Positions 1 through 12,898 are shown, counted from the stretch's first letter. The stretch: 64,000 nucleotides of DNA from Schmidtea polychroa (GCA_044892525.1 CM097885.1:226424001-226488000), one strand, 5' to 3'. Notes: generated from the letters alone by a model not told the origin. Made by a program: numbers and translations.

Positions 1-71
1 GTAAAGAAACTTGAAAATTCGTAAATTTAACTAATAACTCACTACAAAGATTGAATGGAAAAGCAGAGTAG

Positions 72-430
72 TTGGCAAACATCCAAGAAGGACTGATCTT
101 AAAACCAAGACCAGTAGATGATGAATTGTGTATAACGATGAGAATTGCTACACCAAAGGTGGAATTAACTACTCAAAGAGTATATCAGATTCAGAATTTA
201 CGTTTGGATAATGCCAAATTTAACATCAAATGGCAAGAATTAAAGATAAAAATTGAAACGGTTGAAGATGCGATAAAAGAGGCGGTCGAGAATGAATTAA
301 ATGTTGTGTGTGCAGAGCAATGAGATAAAAATAATGATGGTACCTTGAAGACATCTATGTTATTGCCAAGATTGTGCATTGAAACTGAAGCCATTGTAAT
401 GTATGTGATGCAAACGTGAGAGAAAGAGTA
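72..430 (+). pseudogene. Degenerate IAP/MYLIP-type RING-finger ORF in the element 1 leader
   Basis: Across a frameshift the region reads KCCVCRAM / EIKIMMVP*RHLCYCQDCALKLKPL*CM*CKRE, a C3HC4 RING with stops. It sits at the same position as the intact RING ORF of element 2 (18596-19081). Confidence 0.65.
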
Positions 431-843
431 GTAGTGTACATCCCTAAGGGAGATGTAGAAAAATTAAAGATGATGAAATGAATTGCTGTTGAGTGTGAGT
501 TAGTAAAAAGTTAGTAAAACTAATTCCATAATAGCAACCGAAAGGTATAAAACATACGTTGAACATAGACATATGAAATACACAAAAGCCGTTAAATAAA
601 TAGACAAGCAACACACAAATTAAATTGGCGAAAGCCGTGAATTAAATACAGGACTGGCTGGGATCGCATCAAGTGTGAGCTGATCTATAAGATCAGTACG
701 ATTACCATTTTTTTTCCTGTTTTGTTTTATTATTTTTGACATAGAGAGACAGGACCATAAGGGGATGAGAAGCATATCGTCCCTACGATGCTTACCCGGA
801 TGGGGAAATCCTGATCACCTTGATGAGAAGAGTATAATTGGGC

Positions 844-912
844 CCATCGCAAATGTTGGGGAGTTTCTGTCGAGTGACTGATCACCACTTGTGGGAAATG
901 AACCAACGCGAT
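844..912 (+). other. Conserved leader stem-loop with palindromic loop (DIS/packaging-like), element 1
   Basis: Aligns with 19428-19499. Identical loop ACTGATCAC (877-885) closed by stem GAGTG/CACTT; outer stems ATCGC/GCGAT and GTTGG/CCAAC. Confidence 0.6.
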
Positions 913-1203
913 TATTATATTTTTTTTGAATTTGGGAGACTAGGACAAACTAGAAGGGTAAATAAAAAGGAAAAGATAAAAATAAAAATTGAAAATGTGC
1001 ACCAAAAGATTAAAATTTTAATTATCCGAGAGCAGCTGCGGATTTGAAGAAACCGTTTTTGGACTTCAAATCGGATGAGGAGTACTCATTGATATGAATT
1101 TTTCCCTAGCGAGTGATGAGGCACCCGAGTACAGCGGCTAACCACCGGACTGTAGTGTCCAGGAGATTATCAGCCAAGGGACTGATGATGCTGGATCACC
1201 CAA

Positions 1204-2174
1204 TACAAAAACCCGGATACCCACACCGAGTATTGGGCGCATTTTTTGATTGGCTAGCGGGACTTGATACAAAAACCCGGAAGGGTAGCGAGCGAGAGAG
1301 ACCCAGTTACCTACACCGAGTATTAAGGAGCCCATTGAAACGGTTGTGAGATGCGGGTCAACCGGTAAAGGACTCGTACTCAACAGGCAACCAAGATTGG
1401 ACCAGTTGTGAGGCGGGAGACCGAGAGTCAACTGCATATCCAATTTCCTTTTATCTTCACTAGTCGGGAGATCTGGTTCATCACTTTTGAGAATCAAGAT
1501 CGAGGCGATTAGGCATTTCCGTGTTTTTTAAATCCTGATAGATAGGATGTTTTTTTCTTCGTGATTATTGCTAGCAGGGGTCGGTACAAAACCCGGATGT
1601 CCACACCGAGTACCGATAGGCCCAGTGAAACGGCGATGAGATTAGGGTTACCGGTATTAGACTCTTTTCAATAGGCGGCCAAGAATTGAGCCAGTTGTGA
1701 GGCCTCAGCAGATTAGGAATTTGAGTAGGAGGAGCCTTGCATTTTTAATTGGTCCGAAAGTCAACTGTCAACTCAATTTAATCGCGGTAGGGACGATAGT
1801 AGGTGTAAAAACCGAAAGCGTCGAGGGGTTGAAGAAACCTCATTTAGGGCATTTGAAACCGGTCAGGGACCGAAGACGGCGAATATGGCGTAATGGTGTA
1901 AAAGCCCAGACGTCGAGGAGTCGTAAAAGACTTCAGATTATGATTAAACCGGCCGGAAGCCGATGCCGACGTAGAGGTCTAACAAACCAAAGCGTTGATG
2001 GGTAATAATGGATAATATGGCGTAATGGTGTAAAAGCCCAGGCGTCGAGGAGTCGTAAAAGACTTCATGGGATTAAAATGAGTTGATTAAACCGGCCAGA
2101 GAGCCGATGGTAATTGAGTGAAATGATTTAAATGAAATAAGAGAGTTGATTAAACCGGCCAGGGAGCCGATGGT
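1204..2174. repeat. Imperfect direct repeats in the element 1 leader
   Basis: ACAAAA(A)CCCGGA...ACACCGAGTA units near 1204, 1268 and 1586. A ~54-bp near-identical pair at 1882-1935 and 2014-2067. Repeated TTGATTAAACCGGCCAG.GAGCCGATGGTAA. Confidence 0.8.
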
Positions 2175-3028
2175 AAATAAATGTAGACGCAGAGATCGCG
2201 CGAACCAAAGCATCGATGATTAACTATAAACAAACGATTAAGATGAAATTGATTAAATTGAATAGATTAAGTGCGACAAAGATGTAATGAGTAAAGGAAA
2301 ATTATGATAGAGCGCCGGCGCAAGAGAAACTGAAACCAAATTTTTGAATGGGGAAAAGCGAATGAGGAGACATTAATTAAGTTACTGATGAGCTTTATAT
2401 GTATATGACTAATGATATATATTTTCAATTATATAATTGATGTTGTGATTATATGATAGATAATTGATACGACGATATAGATAATTCATACGAGTTATAG
2501 ATAATTAAAAATGGACTTAAATTCAAAGGGGGTGAGTAACAAAAAGTAAAAGCGTACCATGAATTAGAAAAGGAACAACGAGAGAAATAATGAGTAAAGA
2601 GTAGTATAAAATAAGGGAAATAAGGAAATAAATGAAGGGTAGGATAAAATGAATAAAATATTATGATATGTACTAGGAGTGTTAATTATTTTAGAATAAA
2701 GCAAACCATTCAGAAGGAAATCAATAGAAGCCAAGAATTCAAGAGTAATAAAGAGAAATCAAAAATTCAAAAGAAACCAAGCAAAGAATCAAGAGAATCA
2801 AACGAGGATAGAAGAAAGGTAAACAAAGTCAAATTAAATACCAAGAGGAAAATTAAAGCGTTGGCCAACGAAACACAGTGAAATTCAAAAGAGATAATTA
2901 AAGCAAGAAAAATTGATAATAAAGCCAATCGAACGAGATCGCAGAGCAAAGGAGGCTCTAGTTTATTAGGAAACGCAGGGAGACAAAGAGCCAAGAGAAA
3001 CAGAAGAATCAATAAGAAACCAGCGTCA

Positions 3029-6000
3029 GTGAAAACATTATTTGAATCAGACAGCTTAACCAACGAAAGTGAAAACAGCGACGATATTAAAAGAAACGAA
3101 TTATATCCGGTAACTGATATCAAACCAACAGACAAAGAAGATAGTAGTTCAGGCATAACAAGTTTGTGTCGAGATATAATGTTAGACGGAAACCAAGTGA
3201 ACAACCCGAATGGGTCAGAGTCGACATACACACCAGAGATAAACCATGTCAACGTCAATGTTGGAGAATTTAGAGAAAGATTTCGAGGAGAACCATTCGA
3301 TGGGAATATTAATGAACTAGAAACGTTTATAAAAGAATTCGAGGTATATATTACGATATGTCACTGGCCAGACATAGTCGTACGAGAGCGAATACCATTA
3401 TATTTAAGAGGAAGTGCACAAGATGTATATTTAGAGGCAAAGTGTGATGCAACAAAACTAAAAACATGGAAATCAATAAAGAATTTTTTAATAAAAACAT
3501 TCGGTAGCAAAAGGGAAGTAAATCGCAAAATGTTGGATTTTCTGCATCGAAAGCAGAAATACAATGAGTCAAACGCACTATATGCATGTGAATTAAGACG
3601 ACTAGCAAAAGAAGCATTCGATTCAAATCAAACAGTTCCGGAAGACAAGATAATAGCCGTATTCGTAGAGGGTATGAAAAGAAAGGACATACGAGCAACA
3701 GTGGGTTGCCGAGCACCAGACACGCTCGAGGAAGCATTAAAAATCGCTAATAAATGTGAAAACTACTTGACTCCAGTACAAGTAGCAGCAATGGCAGCAG
3801 TACCAATAGCTACAACACCAACAACGACAACCGAAATTAATCCAACCAACAATGAAATTCTAGGAATGAATCAATTTATCTCAGAATCGCAACAGTTGTT
3901 CAAGGCGCCAAAAACGACAAATCCAGATAACAGAGGTAATATTCAATTTTACACTAATAATTTCAGGAGCAACGAGAACAATAATCGGAAGTGTAACATA
4001 TGTCAACGACTAGGACATTGGAGCAACGAGTGTTATAAGACAAGGATGTGCCAAAATTGCGGTAAAATGGGTCACACAGAAAATATATGCCGAGGACCAA
4101 TGATGTCGATGAGAGGAGGAAGGACTAGAACCTGCTACAGTTGCAACCAACTTGGACATGTGGCGAGAGAATGCGCGATGAAGACAAAACATAATCAACC
4201 AAGAGCAAACGATCCAAGTCAAAATATACAAATCAACATCATGCAGAAAATTGAACAGTTGAAAAAGATGATCCAACGGATACCAGAGGATATCCGGAAA
4301 CGACCAACAAGAAAACAACAAGACCAGCAACGAATCGAAGGGCAGAGACCACTAAACGAAAAAGCCAGAGAAATTCAAAAAAGATGGAAAAAGCGAGAAA
4401 CCAACACCGGAAGAATAAATATGATGAGATTAATGAACAAAGGGGAACCGCACACTGCGGAGCAGTGTGTTAACAAGGAAGGGAGCGATATGACCGTAAT
4501 CAACGAGACAAAAGTGATAAAAGAAAATGGGTCACATCAATTGACGGAGCAATTGACAGAACTGAGTAGCGAGGATAAAATAAAAATAATACAAGGGTTC
4601 ACCAAAGAAGAAAAAGAAAAGAGACGAAGAAGAGATGAAACAGGGCACGAACCAAAAAGCAACGAGATTGTTACAAAGAATCGAATTCAGAGGGTATTAT
4701 TACAAAAAATTGAAAATAGAATTAGAAGAGAAGAACCAAATTTAACGGATGAGCAAGTAAAAGAAAAAGTAAAAGACAACTGGTTCAGGAAAAATGAGTG
4801 GTTCGAAAAGAAAGAACCAAGTAATAGAGCCAATATAAACATGCTGAGACAAATACAGAAGGATCAGACGGACCAGGAAGACGAGACAAGTGCGGTGAGT
4901 AGCCTGAGAAGTGAATTATTTCAATCAAGTGATGAAAATAATGAACAAGGAACACCTCAAAATAACGAAGAGGGTGAGAGCGACGATATGGAATCACCGA
5001 TAGAAAATGACGATGAGGAAATATTTGAGGAAATTTCCGACACGGTATCGGAAAGAGAACGAAATGAGAGCTATATCAACGAACCAACATACAGAAAATG
5101 TATAAAACTGATAACTCAAGCATACCAGTGGGAAGGAGGTATATTAACGGCAACATGGAAAGATTTGGCGACGAAATATAAAGGAAAATTGAAAGAAGTT
5201 GATCCAGATCAATACCAAGTAAGTATTCAACACCCTGAAACTCAGATGCAGATTATTGAATTAAAAGTGACAAATATCGATGAACTGTATAATTGGGCAC
5301 AGGAAAAGATGGGAACAAGTCATAAGAATAAACAACTATACGATAATGGTTACAAAGTTAAAATGAGCATACATCTAGTAGATATGATGAGATGGCCAAA
5401 CGAAGTTAATATCTTAATCTTAAAGAAAAACAGAGACAGCGAATCAGTAACGGAAATACTGAGGAAAATCCAACAGATATTCAACAATGAAGTGGAACCA
5501 GAAATAGAAAAGATTGAACAAAAGATAATGAAGGAAAATCAAATAATCGTAGTAAAACAAGCAATCGATCAAGCGAAGAAATATATTAACAGATTTAGGG
5601 AAAGATGGCCGCAGCTAATGAAACAGTTTGTCAAAGACGTACGGGATACTGAGATTATGGGATTTGAATATAAACGAGCAACGGAGTTGATATCAAAATA
5701 TGGTGAATACGAGAGAATCAGATGTGAACAAGAATTACCATGGCCATCCAACAGAAAAGTGACAATAGTAAGAGAATCACTGAAGAATAGTCATTTAAAT
5801 AAACACGAAGAAATGATCAAAACATCACATGTCGAAGACGACATTTTTGGAAAAGGCCGGAGTGGAAAAAATGACAAAGACCATAACGACAAAAATGAGG
5901 AAGATGACGGGAACCATGAAAGGAACAACATAAATGGGAACTCAGGCGAACGAGATAATGAAGAAGACAAGGAGTCAGAAGATGACGACGAAGGCTTGAA

Positions 6001-7600
6001 GGAGACTGAGGAAAACTCAGACCAAAGTGAAGACAACCAACATAATGAAACAGAGAACGACAAACGAATGTCCCCACTGCATAACACAGTAATGCGGAAG
6101 AATCTAAACCAGTCACTCCTACTACAAAGTATCCTAATAATACTAACGTCAATTTGCCTAACAGAAACGAAAAATACGCGAATTACGAGAGGAAATCTGA
6201 AAGAAGGCGAACTATTCATGATAAAAGTCAGCGGCAACAACGGAAACGCGGTCGGGATATGCATCCAATTGATGGAAGGAACCGGAGTAAGTTGTGATTT
6301 TAGAACGATAACAAAAGGGAGGATTTTCAATAGTCAAAATGGAGAACCTGAATTATGCGGAGACTACAACATTTGCGAAGACATAACATCAAAAAAAAAA
6401 GAATTGGAAAGAGCTAACGAAACCGGAGTACATGTCGCAATTAAAGCTACAATGGAAGGTATCGAAATAATAGATAAAGGAAATTTGCCAACAACGCAAA
6501 TATGTTTTAGAGACGACGAAGACATATGTATAACGGTGGACATGAAACGAGATCGCGAATTTTTTTGGACAAACGTAAAACCAAACACCAACATGGTGGT
6601 ATGCGCAGGTACCCAGGCAATAGTGGTATGTAAAGCAGTTAAAACCGCGCAAATAAAAAGCAGGCCAAAAATTATGGCTAGTAAACGATATCAACCAAGG
6701 ATCAAACCGGCAATTAAGAAACCCCAGAAACAATCCTGTACGGGAATGATAAGAGGACAGCACCAAACCAAGAAAAACACAACAGTAATATGGATCAAAG
6801 ATGAGAGACGAGAAGTACTAGTAAATGTCGAATTCAACAAGAAAAGAGAAGAAGTAATCACGGTCAGAAACCAAGGTGAAGAACCAATAGTAAGAGTATG
6901 TGTACTAAACAGGACAGGAATAGTCGACTGCATAGAAACACTACTTGACAAAGGTGCAGAAGTTAAAATGACAATAGGAGAAAGTAAGGGACGATACCAC
7001 ATATGCGTTCTTAAAAACGGAAGCGAGTTAAGTTCATGCCAAGCAATAACCCGACAACGACCACGGATGATAAACATACCATTGACAACCAAAAAACCAA
7101 AAGAAGTGGAAAAGCCAAAAGGAAACGAACATCTAACGGCAGAAGAAACGAAACAGTTATACCAGATGCTCAAGAAAAATAAAACACAAGAGGCAACTAC
7201 AACAGAAACTAAAATGATGATAACGACAGGAAAATTCAACAACGAGACACTGATAACCGTTAAAATGATGTGGATCGCTAGCGCAATAATGAGTGCAGTG
7301 ATAACATCAATAATAATCCAATGGATAAGAACCTCCAAAATATGTAAACAAAAACCTAAAGGCAGAAAAAGATGGCCACAAGTGGAGAATTCCGAATATG
7401 GTATTCCAACAGAAAACCCGAATCCAGAAGAATACGAAGCGATTGAAGATCCAAGGTCAAGCGGACTATGGACGCAAGAATTACTCAGAATACAAACACT
7501 AGACGATTGGGTAAACGAATTTGACATATACCGGCTAACGGATGAAAGATATGGGGGGATGCGCACATTGCATTCAGGTCCCCTGGCAACAATGGTATAA
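3029..7600 (+). CDS. gag: Gag (capsid + 3 CCHC) fused in frame to a ubiquitin-like segment and a C-terminal type I membrane protein; no pol (1523 aa from GTG, first ATG 3179)
   Basis: Capsid motif FRGEPFDGN...HRKQKYNESNALYACELRRLA. Knuckles CNICQRLGHWSNEC, CQNCGKMGHTENIC and CYSCNQLGHVAREC (3992-4174). Hydrophobic signal-like LLLQSILIILTSICLT (~6116). TM MMWIASAIMSAVITSIIIQWI (~7265-7327). Confidence 0.9.
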   Translation: MKTLFESDSLTNESENSDDIKRNELYPVTDIKPTDKEDSSSGITSLCRDIMLDGNQVNNPNGSESTYTPEINHVNVNVGEFRERFRGEPFDGNINELETFIKEFEVYITICHWPDIVVRERIPLYLRGSAQDVYLEAKCDATKLKTWKSIKNFLIKTFGSKREVNRKMLDFLHRKQKYNESNALYACELRRLAKEAFDSNQTVPEDKIIAVFVEGMKRKDIRATVGCRAPDTLEEALKIANKCENYLTPVQVAAMAAVPIATTPTTTTEINPTNNEILGMNQFISESQQLFKAPKTTNPDNRGNIQFYTNNFRSNENNNRKCNICQRLGHWSNECYKTRMCQNCGKMGHTENICRGPMMSMRGGRTRTCYSCNQLGHVARECAMKTKHNQPRANDPSQNIQINIMQKIEQLKKMIQRIPEDIRKRPTRKQQDQQRIEGQRPLNEKAREIQKRWKKRETNTGRINMMRLMNKGEPHTAEQCVNKEGSDMTVINETKVIKENGSHQLTEQLTELSSEDKIKIIQGFTKEEKEKRRRRDETGHEPKSNEIVTKNRIQRVLLQKIENRIRREEPNLTDEQVKEKVKDNWFRKNEWFEKKEPSNRANINMLRQIQKDQTDQEDETSAVSSLRSELFQSSDENNEQGTPQNNEEGESDDMESPIENDDEEIFEEISDTVSERERNESYINEPTYRKCIKLITQAYQWEGGILTATWKDLATKYKGKLKEVDPDQYQVSIQHPETQMQIIELKVTNIDELYNWAQEKMGTSHKNKQLYDNGYKVKMSIHLVDMMRWPNEVNILILKKNRDSESVTEILRKIQQIFNNEVEPEIEKIEQKIMKENQIIVVKQAIDQAKKYINRFRERWPQLMKQFVKDVRDTEIMGFEYKRATELISKYGEYERIRCEQELPWPSNRKVTIVRESLKNSHLNKHEEMIKTSHVEDDIFGKGRSGKNDKDHNDKNEEDDGNHERNNINGNSGERDNEEDKESEDDDEGLKETEENSDQSEDNQHNETENDKRMSPLHNTVMRKNLNQSLLLQSILIILTSICLTETKNTRITRGNLKEGELFMIKVSGNNGNAVGICIQLMEGTGVSCDFRTITKGRIFNSQNGEPELCGDYNICEDITSKKKELERANETGVHVAIKATMEGIEIIDKGNLPTTQICFRDDEDICITVDMKRDREFFWTNVKPNTNMVVCAGTQAIVVCKAVKTAQIKSRPKIMASKRYQPRIKPAIKKPQKQSCTGMIRGQHQTKKNTTVIWIKDERREVLVNVEFNKKREEVITVRNQGEEPIVRVCVLNRTGIVDCIETLLDKGAEVKMTIGESKGRYHICVLKNGSELSSCQAITRQRPRMINIPLTTKKPKEVEKPKGNEHLTAEETKQLYQMLKKNKTQEATTTETKMMITTGKFNNETLITVKMMWIASAIMSAVITSIIIQWIRTSKICKQKPKGRKRWPQVENSEYGIPTENPNPEEYEAIEDPRSSGLWTQELLRIQTLDDWVNEFDIYRLTDERYGGMRTLHSGPLATMV

Positions 7601-7959
7601 GAAAGGTATGAGTCGATGTAAATAGTGTGTATATAAACGTGAGGGTAAAAGTAGTTTAGTAGATTAGTAATATGTTCAAAAAAAAAAAAGGTACAAAAAA
7701 AATGGGTAGGATAACTACGTATTATGAATGAATCAGAGAAACGAGGATCAAGTATATCAAACGAGGATACCACATGTTGTTGAATTGGGAAATCAACCAC
7801 TAGTAAACATTAATCAGACATAAATAGTAGAAATTGATACAAGTACAACGATAAACCAACCAAGTTAGTCAGCAGGATCAATGTGAAGAACACAATGTGA
7901 ATTAATGACAAATGACAAATCATACCCAAGAATATCGGTTACGTAATTAGAATGCGTTA

Positions 7960-8190
7960 ATGGAGAGCATCAATAGAAACTCGATATATATAACAAGAAT
8001 AAAAGAGCAACAACAAATAATCGCACAATTAGAATACAATAACAAACAGTTGATAAGCCAAATAAAATGGGAGGCAGGAGAAATCAGGAGATTACACGAA
8101 AACGTTCAGCATGATGATATCACGAGTTTAGTTGAGTGGATAACCGGCCTACCAGGAACTGGGGAACCGGACTCAACGAGAGAGGCATAA
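7960..8190 (+). CDS. Small coiled-coil accessory ORF, homologue of 35347-35706
   Basis: MESINRNSIYITRIKEQQQII...EWITG...EPDSTREA aligns with IESMNRGFSYLKIIEDQRLKI...EWLMN...EADSSEP, at the same position after the main ORF. Confidence 0.6.
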   Translation: MESINRNSIYITRIKEQQQIIAQLEYNNKQLISQIKWEAGEIRRLHENVQHDDITSLVEWITGLPGTGEPDSTREA

Positions 8191-8270
8191 AAGAAGGGAA
8201 AAGTCGCCCTGTAAACAAACAAAATTATAGCCAAAGTAGAAGCTCCGAGATTAAACGCTATCGTGGCAGA

Positions 8271-9000
8271 ATGCCGAGAGAAAGTGGAGAGAAGTGGAGG
8301 AACAAAACTTTTAACTATGAGCTGATAAGAAAATATTAGGTCAAGTCAGATGAATTCGAGGAGAGACTATTGTGTGCGGACCAAGATTATTAATAAGAGC
8401 ACGTCAAACCCTATAAGGATGTAGATTATGCCATGGAGGTACTACACGACTTGTAACAAGAAAAGCAGAAGTTAAAGAGAGAACCACAGCAAGAATCAGC
8501 CACATCCCAGATGACAATAATAATAAAAATCTTAGCAGAAATGAAACAGCGAATAATGATGTCTGTCAACGAATGTCCGAGCAATTATGAAGCAAAGACG
8601 CTCGAAGAAATATAGGAAAGGGTAAATAACGCAGTCAAAGAAAAGCCGATTACTCAAGATGAAATAATAAAAACATTGAGAGAAATATAGATGGAAATAA
8701 TAAAAACTATGAACAAAATCCCGATGAACCATGAGACAATGACCAAAACTTTAGAAGGAATAAAGAGGAGAATATCAACTACCTTCAACGAAGACTTCGC
8801 ATACTAAAATGTCCTAATAAAGATGTTCACGGAAATCTGGAAAGGAGTAATGACGACAGTAAACAATACCCTACACACTGAATCAAATAACCTCGAAGAG
8901 GAACTCAACTCGACTGATACAATCCAACTAATGAAAACAGTGAGCATGTGACGAGAGATAAAGAAAGAAGTGGCAATCAAAACAAGGTCAACAGAGAAAA
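8271..9000 (+). pseudogene. Decayed helical accessory ORF of element 1
   Basis: One reading frame stays protein-like (E/K/I/M-rich) for ~240 codons with 8 in-frame stops and no frameshift, ending at an A-tract. Confidence 0.4.
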
Positions 9001-9031
<31 letters not shown>

Positions 9032-9324
9032 TTTGAATGTAAAGAAAACCCCGAATCCATAACAGTACTGATCCTGTTAGCAGCGAATCTCATGATAAAT
9101 AACAATACTGAACTTGATAGCCTTTAAACCTACTCAAATCCATAGAAGTACAAAAACTCAAGTTGAAAGAACAATTCCGAAGCATTCGCATTCTAATAGA
9201 AGAACCAATACCCAGAGACCAAATCTATCAAATCTATCAAATCTATCTTCTAAAATCTTCAAATCTAGAGCCGTCATCGAGATGAGATCCCAAACAACCG
9301 AGTGTTTAAATCCTGATATAAACC

Positions 9325-9500
9325 GACAATGATCCTGATATAATCTGACAACGATCTTGAGTTGATTGAAAATGTTCTTATTATGTGTTGACAATGATCC
9401 TGATTCGATTGACAATGATCCTGATTCGATTGACAATGATCTGAAAATGATCTAAATTTGATTTAACAATGATCCTGACATGATTCGACAATGATATGAT
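9325..9500. repeat. 21-bp tandem repeat TGACAATGATCCTGATTCGAT with degenerate flanking copies
   Basis: Exact copies at 9389-9409 and 9410-9430, a partial copy at 9431-9444, and ACAATGATCCTGA cores near 9327 and 9466. Confidence 0.8.
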
Positions 9501-10529
9501 TTGACTATTATTGTGATTTGATGCCAATATTATATATTACTTTGATATTATTTGAGCATAACAATTTGATTAAATTTTGTGTGGACCGACCGTGGTCTTC
9601 TTTCTCTTCATCTTTAAACCAATCTGTAGCATGTAGCGTATCAGTAGAAACTTTTTATGTATGTGGGTATTGAGGTCACGACCCTGTAGCTCGTGGACCC
9701 AATTACATGTAGGCACTTGTAATACAGTGCAACCAATTCTGTCTAATTATATCTTGAACTGTTGATTAAATTGCGGGTCGCAATTTTATGGGCCCCCGAG
9801 TGTTTTATGTTGGGCTAGAACTGATTTCTAGACCCAAAGTTGGGAATGGGACGAAATGTGTCAGTACACAACACGCATACCCAGCATTAAGTTTACTTAA
9901 ATAAAAATATATAAAACACCAAGTAAACAATGATAATAGAGAGATAATATACCCAAAAATAAAACATCTGAATTAAAAATAAAATAAAACACGAGCAAGA
10001 AGTATTACACGAAAACTTACTCAAATATAACCGAAAGACATAAAACAACAAAAAACAAATTCGAATAAAGGCGATTAGTAAAAATTAAAAAAGAAAATTA
10101 AAGAAAATCTTCATAAAATCTTACGTAAAGAAAATTATATCGATATTTTGAATAAAAATCCAGAACAATTCATAAAAATGGCGAAATCCATCATGACGGC
10201 CAAACGACCCAAAAAAATTTATAAAAAATAAATATTTTAGTTTAAAAAATAAATATTTTAGAAAAGAAATCATAAAAAACAATTTAAAAATAAGAAATAG
10301 ATTAAATTTAGCATGGACTGTTCTGGAAATGCTGAAATCTATCATGGAGGCAAATTTAAAAAAAAAATAATTCGAAAATAAAATTTCAAAAATAAAAACA
10401 AAAATTCTTACTGAAAAATCGCCATCAAAATCGAGAAAAATTAAAAATCGAATGTTCGAGAATTAAAATAATCTGAATTTGTTTTATTGCATCAATGCAC
10501 GCATGTATACTTACACGTCAAACAGAGGC

Positions 10530-10537
10530 TATATAAA
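10530..10537 (+). promoter_or_regulatory. TATA-like box in the element 1-family LTR
   Basis: TATATAAA here and TATAAATA at 59622-59629 occupy the aligned position, both followed ~20 nt later by TTTC(A)GTCAC. Confidence 0.35.
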
Positions 10538-11439
10538 CTAACACATTTCGTCACTTTTGAAGCAAGGAAAAAAATGAAAATGAATATTTTTACTCTTATG
10601 CCAAATTTTTGGTTTTGATTTTTCTGAGATTGTAGGTAAGGACGATTTCATTGTGAATTATAAATTATTATTATTGAAAGCTGGTTTTCATTATTTCTTT
10701 TTAACTATAGAAATGTAGGTTTGAGTGAGATCGTCGGTTATCATTGATTTTGAAGCGAGATCCCAGCCAACCCTGCACCTATGCACTTTATCATCGATGA
10801 TTAAACAGCCCACAATGATTGCAGGCCACTGCCTGGCACGCACTTATCAATATTATTTGTTTTTTTTTGTTCAGGTCATTCGGAGGTCGCACCACTTCAT
10901 GGTTCTGCCATGGAGTTAAGTCGATGAAATCCTCCGTCTGACTCTACCTATTTATTATGGGTCAGCCGTAAAGGGTTGACTTACCACACAACAGTAAGGT
11001 TTGTCGTAGTGGTCACAGTGGGGCCGCGAAAGCAAACACTCTTCCCGACTTTCAATGCATGAATAATTTACATAGTTAAAATCTACATCCAAAATCATCA
11101 CAATACAATACACTAAGGTTAATAAACAGAGTAGATCTCAGACCTAAATTAATCACAACTCTGCAATTCACAATTAATGTAGACGGTTAAATATCATCAA
11201 GAACCAAGTCTACCTATACGTTTGTCGAATCTAGATTTATAAATGTCTTAAATAAATTTTCTAGTAATAGTGTAAAGTAAAGATTTTTTAAAAATGATTG
11301 ATTTAGTAGTGATAGTATTCATAAAGGTGTTCGACATGCGCATCAGCAAGACTTGGATTTTAAATTGAATAGACTCTAAACTAACTATAAAAATTCAAAT
11401 CGTAAACCCATAACAGTATAAATTATCCTCTCAATTTCA

Positions 11440-12850
11440 TAAAAATGTGAATTATACTTATAGATTTAATTTCTTCAAAATATAAATTATGATTAGTTAT
11501 AAAGGTATAAATTATAAATTTAATTTCTTGAAATTATAAATTACAAATTTGTATTGACGATAAAAATTATAAATTATAACTCTAAGTTAATTATAAAAGT
11601 ATAAATTATAATCTTAACTTCATAAAAATATAAATTATAAAATTATATTAGCTTTGGAAATATAAACTATAAATTGAACTTCACCAAATATAAATTATAA
11701 ACTTAAAAGTATAAATTATAAAATTATATGGGCTCTAAAATATAAACTATAAATTTACCTTCATAAAAATATAAATTATAAAATTATATTAGCTTTAAAA
11801 TATAAACTATAAATTTAACTTAACTTCATAAAATATAAATTATAAACTTAAAAGTATAAATTATAAAATTATATTAGCTTTAGAAATATAAACTATAAAT
11901 TTAACTTTATAAAAATATAAATTATAAAATTATATTAGCTTTAAAATATAAACTATAAATTTAACTTAACTTCATAAAATATAAATTATAAACTCAAAAG
12001 TATAAATTATAAAATTATATTAGCTTTAAAAACATAAACTATAAATTTAATTTCATAAAAATATAAATTATAAACTTATATTAGCTGAAAGACTATAAAT
12101 TATAATCTTAATTTGGTCATAAAAGTATAAAATATAAACTACGTTAGCGATAAAAATATAATCTATAATAAGTTGTAAATATTTTATAAATACCCCCCCC
12201 CCAAGTTACGTAATGGTCGAAACAAATGTCCAGATTCATAATCTAACTTATGTACGTATATTTGAAACTTATAAAGTATAATTTACATTTTTTCATAAGT
12301 ACCCCCCTCAAACTATACATTTGTCGAGGACAATATATATAGTAATAAATTAACTTATATATGTACAGTTATCCACCTTAATAATTCCTCGGGTCACCTA
12401 ACCATTAATTGTTGTCAAAATACATTAATACCTTACCTTTGCGATATAAATTTAGAAAATTTCGATAAATGACCCCCCTTAATTCATATAACCATTAACC
12501 ACTACCTGATACACTAATTTAGACTATTTAATATATATACTTAACTTAGATTACCTTTAAAATTATAGTTGAAAAATTTTCATCAAAGACCCCCATAAAC
12601 CATATAGTCATCCACTACCACCTAAATATACTAAATTAGCTTATTTTAATACATATTTAACTTATATTATATTTAAAAATGTAAATTGTAAATTTTTATG
12701 AATGACCCCCCTCAAAATCATATAGTCATCAACTACCACCTAAATATACTAAATTAGCTTATCTTAATATATATTTAACTTATATTATATTTAAAACTAT
12801 AAATTGTACATTTTCATAAATGACCCCTCCCCCCATAGGTATCTTACAAA
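11440..12850. repeat. AT-rich minisatellite array
   Basis: Many degenerate copies of ATAAATTATAAAATTATATTAGCTTT...ATAAACTATAAATTTAACTT (11500-12170). Then ~120-bp units marked by ATGACCCCCC and CATATAGTCATC.ACTACCACCTAAATATACTAAATTAGC (12470-12830). Confidence 0.85.
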
Positions 12851-12864
12851 AATATAAATTTACA

Positions 12865-12898
12865 TTTATTATTATTATTATCGTTATTAGTATTGTTG

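Noticed and set aside
2663-2881. Separate gene upstream of gag in element 1 (and open frames at 20724-21037 in element 2)
   Set aside because: Low-complexity basic sequence in the gag frame, separated by one stop. It may be a former or spliced Gag N-terminus, but there is no independent support.
6691-7800. 369-aa minus-strand ORF and many other antisense ORFs over gag/pol (e.g. 5791-6330, 33773-34213)
   Set aside because: They are F/S/L-rich shadows of the A-rich sense coding strand and show no motifs.
8271-9000. TAA/TAG read as Gln (alternative genetic code) to rescue this frame
   Set aside because: Neighbouring element ORFs and host genes end normally at TAA/TAG, and kilobase-long ORFs have no internal TAR; ordinary decay is sufficient.
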